Virus record (IMG/VR): IMGVR_UViG_3300009551_000045
Location: 19,450 to 83,449 of that record
Length of the DNA stretch: 64,000 nt
Reading direction: 5' to 3' (one strand)
Source of the DNA: a virus
Lineage: Duplodnaviria > Heunggongvirae > Uroviricota > Caudoviricetes
Below the pieces are notes generated by a model that saw nothing but the letters and a program-made list of their open reading frames with translations, did not search any database and had not been told where the DNA came from. The translations under genes and the position numbers were made by a program. Below, piece by piece: positions 27,685 through 38,825 of the stretch; position 1 is the first letter of the stretch; every line of letters begins with the position of its first letter.

Positions 27685-30219
27685 TTATCTACTATATTTA
27701 GAAATTAGACCATCCGTATTCCAGTTACCTCCGTCCCATCTCAATAAACCTGGTGTACATCCAAATAATATATTAGTTCCACCCTGTCTCACTAAGGTTC
27801 TAAATGCTTGATCCGTATAAATATTATCAATTTTCAATAAATCTCTATCTATATGATAAGTTCTTTGAATTCTAGTAGAATCTGAAATACTATTAATTAA
27901 TACACCGGATAGAAATAAATCTCCTACAATAGGATCTTGAATCATTGAAAACGAAGAATATAATTTATCCTGCATATTGCTAGTTTTTATAATAGATAAT
28001 ACATTTCTGGTGTTAGAATCTATTATAATTGTATTTGAAGCTCCTACGTCATGTAAATAAAATTTATTTTTTTGCTCGTCAAAAAAAGTAGATCTAAAAT
28101 AACCTGCATTGAAAATACCCGAGAAACTTGAAATGTTGATAATACCGTTAAGAACAGATAAATTAGAATTATATCTAGCTATATTTGGAGATCCAAATGC
28201 TTCATTTATTGTTACCCATATTTCATTACCAATAGCATTAAAATTAGACGCAACACCAATAAATGATGAACCACTAGGTATAGATGATATTGGAATAGTA
28301 CTCATTAAACTAAGATCGCTTCTTCTAAAAATACTTATAGCTGAGGTTGGAGTATCATATGTAATTATACTTGAACTTACAATATTAAGCGAAATTCTAT
28401 TAAATGAACCATTAGTTCCATACGGCGCTGTTGAAATAATATTAGTAGATAGATCTAAAGATTTCAATCCATTTGTATTTTTACCAACAGCATAAATTCT
28501 ATTATATTGTACATCTGATATTGCATTATATATATCATCAGTCAATCCTGGAATATGATTTAAATCGGAATAACCAGATATAGTATTAGGATCAAACCAA
28601 TAAAAATTTCCATTTACATCATCAGCATCTGCGGCATAATATTTTCCTGATGAACTATCATACGCTACAATAAGAGGAGAAGACATACTTATATATTGAT
28701 TCTGTAACGTAAATACTGAATCTTGTTCACAGGTTGAAGTGTCTTCTACCCAAATATAAGTTGGAGCTGCTGTAGTGGTAGTAGTCGTTGTGGTTGTTGT
28801 AGTAGTGGTAGTAGTCGTTGTGGTTGTCGTTGTGGTTGTTGGATCGGCATTTACAACAGCGGTTATCTTTGCTTTATTACTTATTAATACAGATCCACTT
28901 CCATAAACTTCACTAATTGTATAATAAGTATAATAATATCCAGGAGAATCCGCAAATACGGAAATTGTTCCATCACCATTATATGAAAATTTATCCGAGT
29001 CTCCATCAAATATTTGAACCGATGATGTATCCAAATATCCGGTCCTTGAATAATCGTTTCTAGTTATATTAATTATTTTTGGATTATCGCCAAAATAAAA
29101 TGTTCCAAGATCATTGTTAGCTATAGGAGTTAATGGAAACATATCTTGATAATCCTGATTAGTTATAACACACACTCCATAATCATAAAATATATTACCT
29201 ACAAATTCTACAGAAGCAGTATAAGTATAATTATAAGTTGTAGATATTTCATATTCATATGATGAAGTTGATGACAATACATATGATAAACTTCCGCTTA
29301 CATTTGATTCAGCAGTTGGGAATCCTTGAATAAAAATAGGAGTATTTCCGTAAAAATTATTTATTTCACTTCCGGTGATTATTTTATGTATTGATACATA
29401 GTTGAATAAAAACTCAGAATTGGAACTAGAAACATGTCCACTAGACGTTATAAAAAAAGATCCAAAACTTTGACTGTAATCATTAGTAGAAATTCCAGAA
29501 AATGCTATAGATTGTATAGCGTCATGTCTTTGATAATTTATATCAAAATAAGAATCAGCACCTGTATTTAATAAATTATATTTGAAATTGTCACTTAATA
29601 TTATATCCTTAATATCAATCCTATTTATAACACCCGACTTAGAGAATCCTGGGACATTTACTCCAAACGGAATATTAGGATCACCTGTTTGTCTTATACT
29701 AACAGTTAAATCAGCCGTTCTACTACCAGTATAATAATTGAAAAGATTACCGTTTCCATCATCTTTAATATAATAATAAGAAGATGATAATATAAATTGT
29801 CCAGGATTTATTCTTGATCCATATATGTTTTTGGATATAGATAATACTCTTATACCATCTCCGGATTCGGTTGGAAATGACGCTGTAAAATAATTATTTT
29901 CTGTGCATTTATAATAATACTGAGATGTTTGATTATGATGTAGAGATCCTGTATAAAATTCAGGAATAATACCAGAAATACTTTCAGTATAAGATTGATA
30001 AAAAAGCTGATTTATAGATTCATATATTAGCCTTTCATATTGACCTTCTGTAATAGGATCATTGTCTAAATCAAAACTACTAGTTAATTTAGTTCCTTTA
30101 TATATAGATATTCCGCTACCAGTATCTATATAATCATTATATAAGAAATTCCATTGTTTATTTGCAACATATGGAACTAATATAACATCAGAAGCATCTA
30201 ATCTTTTAAAACCAGACAT
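27685..30219 (-). CDS. tail fibre / receptor-binding protein with a poly-Thr linker
   Basis: 844 aa, S/T/N/Y-rich, with 23 consecutive Thr separating N- and C-terminal parts. Confidence 0.55.
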   Translation of the reverse strand: MSGFKRLDASDVILVPYVANKQWNFLYNDYIDTGSGISIYKGTKLTSSFDLDNDPITEGQYERLIYESINQLFYQSYTESISGIIPEFYTGSLHHNQTSQYYYKCTENNYFTASFPTESGDGIRVLSISKNIYGSRINPGQFILSSSYYYIKDDGNGNLFNYYTGSRTADLTVSIRQTGDPNIPFGVNVPGFSKSGVINRIDIKDIILSDNFKYNLLNTGADSYFDINYQRHDAIQSIAFSGISTNDYSQSFGSFFITSSGHVSSSNSEFLFNYVSIHKIITGSEINNFYGNTPIFIQGFPTAESNVSGSLSYVLSSTSSYEYEISTTYNYTYTASVEFVGNIFYDYGVCVITNQDYQDMFPLTPIANNDLGTFYFGDNPKIINITRNDYSRTGYLDTSSVQIFDGDSDKFSYNGDGTISVFADSPGYYYTYYTISEVYGSGSVLISNKAKITAVVNADPTTTTTTTTTTTTTTTTTTTTTTTAAPTYIWVEDTSTCEQDSVFTLQNQYISMSSPLIVAYDSSSGKYYAADADDVNGNFYWFDPNTISGYSDLNHIPGLTDDIYNAISDVQYNRIYAVGKNTNGLKSLDLSTNIISTAPYGTNGSFNRISLNIVSSSIITYDTPTSAISIFRRSDLSLMSTIPISSIPSGSSFIGVASNFNAIGNEIWVTINEAFGSPNIARYNSNLSVLNGIINISSFSGIFNAGYFRSTFFDEQKNKFYLHDVGASNTIIIDSNTRNVLSIIKTSNMQDKLYSSFSMIQDPIVGDLFLSGVLINSISDSTRIQRTYHIDRDLLKIDNIYTDQAFRTLVRQGGTNILFGCTPGLLRWDGGNWNTDGLISKYSR
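28766..28834. repeat. ACC/ACT-codon repeat encoding poly-Thr; internal near-duplicate ~26-mers
   Basis: gtagtggtagtagtcgttgtggttgt occurs twice, at 28771-28797 and 28801-28827. Confidence 0.7.
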
Positions 30220-30233
30220 TGCAATTTTTATAA

Positions 30234-31262
30234 TTAAAAAGACAATCTTACTCTAAGAAATAACCCTTTTACAAAGCTTTTAGGTAAAGGTTTACTTAAT
30301 TTAGCAACTGCCAATAATTCATTATTATTATTATATAATCCTACTGTGGTAGGATACGTTTGTGGATTATTAACTAATGTATCAAAAATAATATTCCCAT
30401 TATTATCTATTATTGAAGGATTTGTTGTATAATTATAATCACCGGGTTTAACATATGTAAAGAAATATGTAGAAGAAATAGTTTCTGTACTTTGTAAACC
30501 AAAAGAAGACCCATTAACAATAGCTTTAAATAATGTTGAATTATTTGTATTATAATTATTTGTATAAGAAGTGCTAGTAGTTTGATCTATGGTTAAATCT
30601 ATTCCACCTTGATTATACGGTAATGATAAAGCTCTTGCATTCAATAATAAAATAGAAATGTTTGGAAAAAATAATCCATAACTACCACTCACAGTCTGAA
30701 TATCTGATCCATTGTAAGATATTCCATTCGATCCGCTCACTATATTATATACTTCGTTGGATCCTATAAAATTAGTATCGGTAGATTCATTACTGTTATC
30801 GGTAAGTTGAATTATATTACCAGCATTATTTAAAGTCAAATTCAATGTACCTGGTTTTAATCCTTCTTTGTATCTTGATCGTTCTATACTTATAGCAAAA
30901 AAATCTCCTATTGGAAAATTGGAATTACCAAAAGTAAAAGATGAATTTTCGTCACCATAAATTAAATTTCTATATTGACCATAAATAGCTCTCGTCGGAG
31001 TTAATCCGGGAATAAGATTATTAAATGGTGCTGATCCTGATCCTGAAATATTTGCATATGCTATAGCAAATTGTATTTCCGATCCACTGGCGTAAGTGGG
31101 ACTTTGATATACATTTAAAAACGACAGTCCAGAATGTCCTTGTTCTTGAACAGAAGATGTATAAAAATTGCTAATAGAATTCATATTACCACTCCAAAGA
31201 GGTGCAACTACTTCTTCTGAATCTATTACAATATCCGACGGATTATAAAGAGTAAAGCTCAT
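30234..31262 (-). CDS. fibre/baseplate-associated protein with a conserved C-terminal module
   Basis: 342 aa; its C-terminus TTVGLYNNNNELLAVAKLSKPLPKS is shared with 25969..26277. Confidence 0.5.
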   Translation of the reverse strand: MSFTLYNPSDIVIDSEEVVAPLWSGNMNSISNFYTSSVQEQGHSGLSFLNVYQSPTYASGSEIQFAIAYANISGSGSAPFNNLIPGLTPTRAIYGQYRNLIYGDENSSFTFGNSNFPIGDFFAISIERSRYKEGLKPGTLNLTLNNAGNIIQLTDNSNESTDTNFIGSNEVYNIVSGSNGISYNGSDIQTVSGSYGLFFPNISILLLNARALSLPYNQGGIDLTIDQTTSTSYTNNYNTNNSTLFKAIVNGSSFGLQSTETISSTYFFTYVKPGDYNYTTNPSIIDNNGNIIFDTLVNNPQTYPTTVGLYNNNNELLAVAKLSKPLPKSFVKGLFLRVRLSF

Positions 31263-31265
31263 TTA

Positions 31266-31925
31266 TTATTGATTTTTAGTAATTGTTAATGGTATTGTAA
31301 TACTAGCTCCAGAATCTCTTCCCTGAACGATTATTGTTGTATTAATAGAAGATCTTGTAGTACCAAAAAGTGTATTTATAGTTGTACCAATCAATGTAAA
31401 TGATGTACCAATCTGAGAAATAGAAAGATTAGTACCAGAAGTAGAAGAATTATTATTAACAGATAAACCGGTGGTATCAATACCAGTAGCACTAAAAGTT
31501 GACAATAATCTATTATCATTCACGGTAATAACATAACCAGTAGGCTCAAAAGTGCTTACAGCTCCTAGATAGTTTAACGTTTGAGGAGTGATATTTATTG
31601 AAGCTCCTTGTTTCAGTGTAATTGCACTATATCCTATGTTTATAACAGGTAGTTTGGAAGTGCCTCTCTGAAGTGTAACAAGCTTATATTTCATGATCTG
31701 CGTCTCGTCTGGGATAGCTTCCAAAATTGGCATATTTTCTATAGCCTCACCATAGAATGCTGAACCGGATGGATGATTTGGATTATACATGGTATAATCC
31801 ACTTCGTCATCGCTAAGACTAAAACTCGTTATCTGAAAAGATCCATCTTGACGCGATAATAGTTCTCTGCCTTTTTTAGTTAGAATAGCATCAATTATTA
31901 TATTTCCATTATCAATGTAGCCCAT
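31266..31925 (-). CDS. hypothetical structural protein
   Basis: 219 aa, Thr/Ser-rich. Confidence 0.45.
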   Translation of the reverse strand: MGYIDNGNIIIDAILTKKGRELLSRQDGSFQITSFSLSDDEVDYTMYNPNHPSGSAFYGEAIENMPILEAIPDETQIMKYKLVTLQRGTSKLPVINIGYSAITLKQGASINITPQTLNYLGAVSTFEPTGYVITVNDNRLLSTFSATGIDTTGLSVNNNSSTSGTNLSISQIGTSFTLIGTTINTLFGTTRSSINTTIIVQGRDSGASITIPLTITKNQ

Positions 31926-31997
31926 ATAAGTTTAATTTGCAATTAGTTATAGATTTATAGATAGAAGTAATAATTACATTACACATATAAATATCAA

Positions 31998-34900
31998 TCA
32001 ATTAGTATTTAGAGACGATATATCAGGTCCAATTTGAGTTATAATATTAGCTAAATTAGACTTAACACCTAAATCAATATCAAAAGGTATTAATGTGGCT
32101 TGAGATACATTACCAATATTTTTAGAAAAATTTAATATAACAGATGTTTCATCTGGCAGTCTTCGGAATATAACAAAATTAGCTGAAATTCCACCGACGT
32201 TTACTACAGGCTTATCTAGCACCAATTGAAGATCTCTTGATACAGATCCATCACTTCCGGTAATAGGAATAATTATATCATTTACTCTATAATAAATAGC
32301 ATCGTTTGTATAGAATGAACTTAATCTTACTATATCACCTTCCTCAAATATAAATGGATAATCTATAGGGGAATACAGCAATGATGTTGACGAAGAGATA
32401 GCCGCCTGATCAAATATTATTTTACCATATAAAAGAGAAGCTGAATCTGTAAATTTAATAATATTGTTATCACTTCCGGTTATTGAAAATAATGAATTAT
32501 CGGTGTAATATCCATCCGAAGTAACAACTGTCGTCTGATTTATTGTATCTGTTATAGTCATTGTACCAGCATGTAAATTCGAATATTTAGGATCACTAAA
32601 TCTATTTTCAAATGATATCTTACAATATCCTACATTATCATCTGGTAAAAAATCTCTTAGCCGTATTATATAAAAATTTGGTCTGAAATAATCATTTGCA
32701 TTAAGAGCTACACTCGAGCTAATTTCGCATAAACATTTTATTGGAAAATCTGTATTACCTCCTTTCCAAGTATCAAAATCAAGAAAAATACAACTATTGT
32801 CATTATTCCATCCATACTGTGTATTTGGAACGACAGAAGCTTCAACGTGAGTAAATTTACTATTGTCTAAATATTGCCAATTACCCTCAGCATTTGATCC
32901 GGTATTTCTTTCAATAACAGATATCAATTTAAGAATTGTTCCGCCACTACCATTTGTTTCGTCTATACTAATATTTATAGGTATTTTTACATTAACATTA
33001 TATATAGATGTTCTTGGTACTTTATAGGCATAACTTCCATCACTTAATTTTACAAACTGACTGAAATTATCATTACTTGAGACTTGATCCGATAAATTGT
33101 AATAAACATTATTGATAGGATATACAAATTGATTAATATCCGTTAATATAGGAGATGTGAATGGCAAACTTGGAAAATGAAGTATATCTCCTGAACCACT
33201 ATAAAATGTCACGGATCCTATTTCACGCAGTCCAGGAGCATCGGCATAAGACCATGATGAAAATGGAAATATATGTTGTAAAGCGTATGTTCCTTGATCT
33301 AAGGTTTGATTTCCATAAATCAATGAATAAACTCCTTCAGATGTATCATCATCGAGATTTTTTTTTGAAGAAGGACTTAGATCATTTCTTTTGGTATTAT
33401 ATTTCCAAATATTTGTTTGAGTTGCTGTTAAAGAAATACTGGCAGTAGAAATTATTGAAGTCAAATATCTAAAGTGTAACTGTTCTGCAGTCTCTCTATA
33501 AACTATTGGCCAATAACTAAATCCTCCTTCAAAAATATTTTTATTACCATCAAGTGTTGTTTGATTGCTTGGATGTAATAAATCTGATAATGAGACAATA
33601 ACAGGAGTTCCAGATTTAAACATATTTTGAACTTCAAAAATGTTATAATTATGTCTAGATAACTCAGTTAAAGATCCACTTTCGTTTATTAAATATTTCA
33701 ATATAACAGAGGTCTTATCATAGAAATTTATACTAGATGAGGGTACACTTTTTATCCATGCAAATTTTTTAGGATTCAAATCAGCGGCAGCTGTTTTTCC
33801 GTATGATCTATCTCCATTCCAAATCAATATAGACCCAGAATAAGATTGACTTGTATAAAAATTTAATGTTTTACTTACACTCTTAGAACCTAAATATCTT
33901 GGAATAATGTGTCTTTGATACGTATAATAATAATCTTGAAGTTGAACAGGTATCAATAATTTACCATTTTGATCTACTTTCTTAATAAAAGATGAAGTTA
34001 TATTTTGACTTACATTATTTTCAAATACATCAAAAACACTTCCTTTAAATAAACCTTTATTACCTTCATTATATATATAGGGATTATAATTACTTTCTTC
34101 AAATAATTCATCTATATTTATTTTGGATCCAGATAGTTCTCCATTAAAAAAATCCCTACCATCTTCATATTTACTTTCATATACACTATTTCCTATCGTT
34201 TTTACATAACCTATAGATGCAGAATAATTATGTATATCTATTACCTCTGGAGGTATTCTTTTAACTTTGCTTCTTTCTAATATGGTTGGTCTGATAGATA
34301 TTCCTGACTGTAAATCTGAACGTACCGCAATAAAATCACCTATCATTTTGAAAAGAGCATTATCAAAGAATTTAATCAATCTTATATAATCTGTTAGACC
34401 ATATCTCTCGAAATATTTTTGATAATAAAATTTCCTAAATTCTGACAAATCTGAATAACTATCAGAAGATTCTTCATTCGGATTACCTATATAATTATCG
34501 ATATTAAAAGTTGAACCTATGCTATTTATAATATCCCTATCTATTTCGTTTATTGGAGAAAAAGAAGAGTTTATAATATGAATATCCTTAGTTAAGTAAT
34601 TATTATTTATATCATTTCTGACATAAGGAGAAAGAATTAAATTGGTAGAAGAAGTATTTTCTATTCTTATTTTATCGGTAATTGGGCTCAAATATCCAGC
34701 TACTGGAACATCTGCATAATATGTTTCTATACCTGGTCTGTAATTATTGTAATCACTAAATCCTATAAATGATGCTGATGGGAATGATGCATTCTGATTA
34801 GGATGTACAGATATAACTGATGATGTATCATTATGATTATATGTCAATAAATCATTACCTAAAGGAAACCAGCCAGCAAGATTATTATAAGACGATCCTG

Positions 34901-37385
34901 AATTTATTCCTTCTATAGAAGATGGATTTAGAACATGATAATTAAATCTATATTGGGTTAAAGGATAATTCCAAAATCTTAATTCCTGAAGATTACCATT
35001 AAATTTATTACCAGAGTAACCTCCCAAATAAACATTTGCTGAGGTATCCCACGAAGTATTAAATGAAGAACTTACCGATTCAGAAACATATATACTGGAC
35101 GATCCCTGATGTCCTATTTTACCATTTATACAATTTTTTACGAAAATATCATAATACTGATCACTGCTTCCTGATGAATCGAACTCACCCACATTTATCA
35201 AACTCAAATCATTATCTATCACGAATTGTATATCGTAATCTATAAGATCATTTTCTAATGAAAAAGATAAATTTCTTCTTCTTATCATTACATTCCACCA
35301 TGAAGTATTTTGTATTGAACCTGTATAAAATATTGGAAGAGAAATATTACTAGAAGCGGAATAACTAGAACTTCCATTCAAATACATTTTGATATTACCA
35401 TATGGAATATTATTGGAAGAACTATATTCAAGTGTTACTTTAAGATTTGGATTATTTATTCCATCTCCTATTTCAAGAAGAGATTGAGTTGTAAATGAAG
35501 CTGATGGTTTAAATCTAAATTCTATCGTATTAGCAAAAGAAGAAGGTTGACCTGTGTAATCATTAATTGATAATTGATCCCATGGAATAATTACACTTCC
35601 AGAACCTTCGGTTAAAAGTGAATAACTAAAACGATCATATGAATACTGAGCGGTATTATTATTTTTATCCATTCCACCATATTCATTAAATCTAAAAATG
35701 GTAGAAGGTATACCAAATATAGATGCTAAAGATTTTATACTATTATCAGTGCCTTTAGTCTTTACGAGATAAGGTACATTATGATATATTCTCTTAAATA
35801 ATTCTTCAATATAATCTTTACCAGATGTGGTATATTGAGAAGAAGTTATTAAAGTTTCATAACTACTTGTTGGATACACATAACTGCCACTATTTGTAAA
35901 TCCAGATAAATATTGAAAAAGATCTTGTTTATCAGAATTGTTATACAATTTTATACCAAAATTTTTTAGCATATAGAACACTAAATCTTTTGATATACCA
36001 TGATCTGGAGAATTATTTGCTTTATATATATCACCAATAGCTTTTATATAAGTCCATATATAATCAAAATGTTGACCAATCATTTCAACAAATAATTCAT
36101 ATGATTTATTCATTGGATCTATCCTGATATATTCAGGTATAGAGTATAATAAATTATTTGGATTATCAGAATCATAGAAACTTGCTGTTGATAGTTGACC
36201 TCCAAAATTAGAATCAAAAGTATCATCGCTACCCAACCATTGACCAACGATAGATGAAGTAGACGGAAATAAATTATATGGAGGAACTGAATTTATTTTT
36301 GGCCAGGAATTTGATTCAGATATAAAATATAAATAATGATCATATCCGTCAAAATTAGAAATAATATTCGATATATTATTATTCAGTATAGAAATACTAG
36401 AACTTACAGATGGACTTATAAATGATGAACTTAAAGCATTTATTTGAGTATTGAAATTTTCAATCTGTTGAACCTTATATACAAAATTTAATAATCGTTG
36501 CTTTGCAGAGGAGAAATGAATAAAATTAGAATAATCGGAATAGTCAATATTTAACGTTACATTATTCTGATTTAACTTATTTAAAATTAAATGATATACA
36601 TTAGAATCAGTATTTGATAATAATTCTTTATAATTTATATAATCGGAAGATCTTATTGATTTATTATCTATTTTAATATTGAAATTGGGAGGTCCTATAA
36701 AAATACTACTTCCTGTAATAGGATCTGGTACAATTTGTACAGAGTAAGAATAAGAGTTTGATAATTCTTCAACAAACCAAAAGGAATCATTAACATTTAC
36801 AGAAGATGGTAATGGTTGATATAATTTTACTAACAATGAATAAGGAGAAGTATTTTTATCCAAAGCTATATTAACAGCGGTGAATAAAGTATTACTACCA
36901 AAATTTAATAAGAAATCCTTATAATAGCTAGAAGATTGAATTTCTGATATAAATTGAATTGAATTATTTTCAACATCTACATCTGAAAGAATATTTGAAA
37001 TAACTCTTATTTCAGTTCTATTGGAAGATATCTCCGATATAAAAAATGTAGGTATTGCAGATGGTTGTATCTTGTTTTTAAATATATTGTATTGAACATT
37101 AAATGATCCTACATTATATCCAAGGTTTATTATATCTTGTTCCGGAGAAAAAGAAAGTAAACTTGATTTTGAGGTTCCTTGTATTGTACTTGGTACAGAA
37201 TATCCTTTAAAATAATAATCAGAATGTAGTAAAGAATTATCAGGGGAATAGACATGTAGTTCGACATAATCTTCTGAACTTCCGAATGATCTTCCAAAGC
37301 TCTTAGATACCATTAAAGAAGAATCTGAAGATAGATAACTATCTATTTTACTGATATTTTCTATTTGACTAATTATAAAACTCAT
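31998..37385 (-). CDS. giant structural protein (1795 aa) with a LamG / concanavalin-like lectin domain
   Basis: An uninterrupted 5.4-kb ORF. YLGGYSGNKFNGNLQELRFW is typical of laminin-G / pentraxin-like domains. Confidence 0.6.
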   Translation of the reverse strand: MSFIISQIENISKIDSYLSSDSSLMVSKSFGRSFGSSEDYVELHVYSPDNSLLHSDYYFKGYSVPSTIQGTSKSSLLSFSPEQDIINLGYNVGSFNVQYNIFKNKIQPSAIPTFFISEISSNRTEIRVISNILSDVDVENNSIQFISEIQSSSYYKDFLLNFGSNTLFTAVNIALDKNTSPYSLLVKLYQPLPSSVNVNDSFWFVEELSNSYSYSVQIVPDPITGSSIFIGPPNFNIKIDNKSIRSSDYINYKELLSNTDSNVYHLILNKLNQNNVTLNIDYSDYSNFIHFSSAKQRLLNFVYKVQQIENFNTQINALSSSFISPSVSSSISILNNNISNIISNFDGYDHYLYFISESNSWPKINSVPPYNLFPSTSSIVGQWLGSDDTFDSNFGGQLSTASFYDSDNPNNLLYSIPEYIRIDPMNKSYELFVEMIGQHFDYIWTYIKAIGDIYKANNSPDHGISKDLVFYMLKNFGIKLYNNSDKQDLFQYLSGFTNSGSYVYPTSSYETLITSSQYTTSGKDYIEELFKRIYHNVPYLVKTKGTDNSIKSLASIFGIPSTIFRFNEYGGMDKNNNTAQYSYDRFSYSLLTEGSGSVIIPWDQLSINDYTGQPSSFANTIEFRFKPSASFTTQSLLEIGDGINNPNLKVTLEYSSSNNIPYGNIKMYLNGSSSYSASSNISLPIFYTGSIQNTSWWNVMIRRRNLSFSLENDLIDYDIQFVIDNDLSLINVGEFDSSGSSDQYYDIFVKNCINGKIGHQGSSSIYVSESVSSSFNTSWDTSANVYLGGYSGNKFNGNLQELRFWNYPLTQYRFNYHVLNPSSIEGINSGSSYNNLAGWFPLGNDLLTYNHNDTSSVISVHPNQNASFPSASFIGFSDYNNYRPGIETYYADVPVAGYLSPITDKIRIENTSSTNLILSPYVRNDINNNYLTKDIHIINSSFSPINEIDRDIINSIGSTFNIDNYIGNPNEESSDSYSDLSEFRKFYYQKYFERYGLTDYIRLIKFFDNALFKMIGDFIAVRSDLQSGISIRPTILERSKVKRIPPEVIDIHNYSASIGYVKTIGNSVYESKYEDGRDFFNGELSGSKINIDELFEESNYNPYIYNEGNKGLFKGSVFDVFENNVSQNITSSFIKKVDQNGKLLIPVQLQDYYYTYQRHIIPRYLGSKSVSKTLNFYTSQSYSGSILIWNGDRSYGKTAAADLNPKKFAWIKSVPSSSINFYDKTSVILKYLINESGSLTELSRHNYNIFEVQNMFKSGTPVIVSLSDLLHPSNQTTLDGNKNIFEGGFSYWPIVYRETAEQLHFRYLTSIISTASISLTATQTNIWKYNTKRNDLSPSSKKNLDDDTSEGVYSLIYGNQTLDQGTYALQHIFPFSSWSYADAPGLREIGSVTFYSGSGDILHFPSLPFTSPILTDINQFVYPINNVYYNLSDQVSSNDNFSQFVKLSDGSYAYKVPRTSIYNVNVKIPINISIDETNGSGGTILKLISVIERNTGSNAEGNWQYLDNSKFTHVEASVVPNTQYGWNNDNSCIFLDFDTWKGGNTDFPIKCLCEISSSVALNANDYFRPNFYIIRLRDFLPDDNVGYCKISFENRFSDPKYSNLHAGTMTITDTINQTTVVTSDGYYTDNSLFSITGSDNNIIKFTDSASLLYGKIIFDQAAISSSTSLLYSPIDYPFIFEEGDIVRLSSFYTNDAIYYRVNDIIIPITGSDGSVSRDLQLVLDKPVVNVGGISANFVIFRRLPDETSVILNFSKNIGNVSQATLIPFDIDLGVKSNLANIITQIGPDISSLNTN

Positions 37386-37738
37386 TATATACTTCCTGAA
37401 GATTGTGTTATTGTGAATATTTGTCTTTGAAGAGCTACATTTTCACTCCTCAAATTTATTATCTCTTGTTCCAGATCCTGAATACTAATACCTATATATT
37501 CCGAACTTCTATTTATAATATCAAGATGTGACAATCCTAATGAACCAGAATAAGATCCTGACGATGGTATATCATAAAATAATTGATCATAATATTGAAA
37601 AAATTCCTTTACATCTATAATGGGAGTTTCACTAATAGAAGAAGGAGTTGGAACTAATTGCTGGAAATCGGTTTCAATAACATTGGAATAACTATTTTTC
37701 CCATAAACGATTCTTTCTATTTTTACTTGTTCTCCCAT
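37385..37738 (-). CDS. hypothetical protein
   Basis: 117 aa; ATG/stop overlap with its neighbour. Confidence 0.4.
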   Translation of the reverse strand: MGEQVKIERIVYGKNSYSNVIETDFQQLVPTPSSISETPIIDVKEFFQYYDQLFYDIPSSGSYSGSLGLSHLDIINRSSEYIGISIQDLEQEIINLRSENVALQRQIFTITQSSGSI

Positions 37739-37932
37739 TATTTCAACACTTTGAAATAAAAATTATCATTATACACATTCTTTATTCCATTGGATACAAT
37801 TTTTATATCTATGGAATAATATCTTTCAGGTTCTAATCCATTCATATATAAATTAAAAAAACTTCCATCACTATCTGTACTTATCTTTGTGAATTGATCG
37901 TCGTAATCTACCACTATATTATCTGTATCCAA
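37738..37932 (-). CDS. hypothetical small protein
   Basis: 64 aa. Confidence 0.35.
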   Translation of the reverse strand: MDTDNIVVDYDDQFTKISTDSDGSFFNLYMNGLEPERYYSIDIKIVSNGIKNVYNDNFYFKVLK

Positions 37933-37973
37933 ATCTCTTATACTATAGTAAGAACTAGTAGGTAGGTATTTAT

Positions 37974-38825
37974 TTAGTGTATATAATGATGATGTGACAA
38001 ATGTCCTTTGAGGATATTGATCCCTGGCATTATATTAAATCTTACAATTTCATTTTTATTGTATTTACCTTTATTATTACCTATAGTAAATACGCTATTT
38101 TTACCTATCATTGACATGCTTCCAGTATCTGGAGTATAAATAGAATCATTCCATTTCAATTCCAAACATGGAGGATAAATAGTATTTGTATCTACAGAAA
38201 AATAAGTTAATTTATACGATTGAGAATTAAATTCTACCGATGAATCATTCTTTATAATAAATCCGTCATTTACAATAGATTTAGATACGTAAGAATTAAC
38301 TATCGATGATACATCAAAATTTATATTGAGATCATCTCTTTCATGGAAAGATTGAGTAGCTATAAAAGATGTATACCAGGTTCCTCCACCCATGGAACTT
38401 GTTATAAAGGATCCAGTACTACCTGCACTATAGGATGAAGTAAGCCATAATAAATCTGTAGTTCTATTCAACCAAGAGACACCATCCGTTATAATTGGGG
38501 TGTCATCTATTCTTCCTGTTCCCATATCCCAAGCTCCACTTACAGCAAATAGATTTAAAGAAAATTTAGCTGGAATTGTAGATGCATCCGATAAATACAT
38601 TTTTAAACTTGCCGAAAAAGGAATATTTCCTATATAATTAGATACAACTTCATTTATATCATCATCTGAAAATTTTATTACAATCCTATTAGCAGCTGGA
38701 GTATCAATATAAAAATCGGATATACCGTTTGATAAATCCAATATTTCAGAAATACCAGAATTTTTATAAGGATTATCTGAAAATATCGTAGCATCTTTCT
38801 CAGGAAATATTTTATATATGGCCAT
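37974..38825 (-). CDS. hypothetical structural protein
   Basis: 283 aa. Confidence 0.45.
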   Translation of the reverse strand: MAIYKIFPEKDATIFSDNPYKNSGISEILDLSNGISDFYIDTPAANRIVIKFSDDDINEVVSNYIGNIPFSASLKMYLSDASTIPAKFSLNLFAVSGAWDMGTGRIDDTPIITDGVSWLNRTTDLLWLTSSYSAGSTGSFITSSMGGGTWYTSFIATQSFHERDDLNINFDVSSIVNSYVSKSIVNDGFIIKNDSSVEFNSQSYKLTYFSVDTNTIYPPCLELKWNDSIYTPDTGSMSMIGKNSVFTIGNNKGKYNKNEIVRFNIMPGINILKGHLSHHHYIH

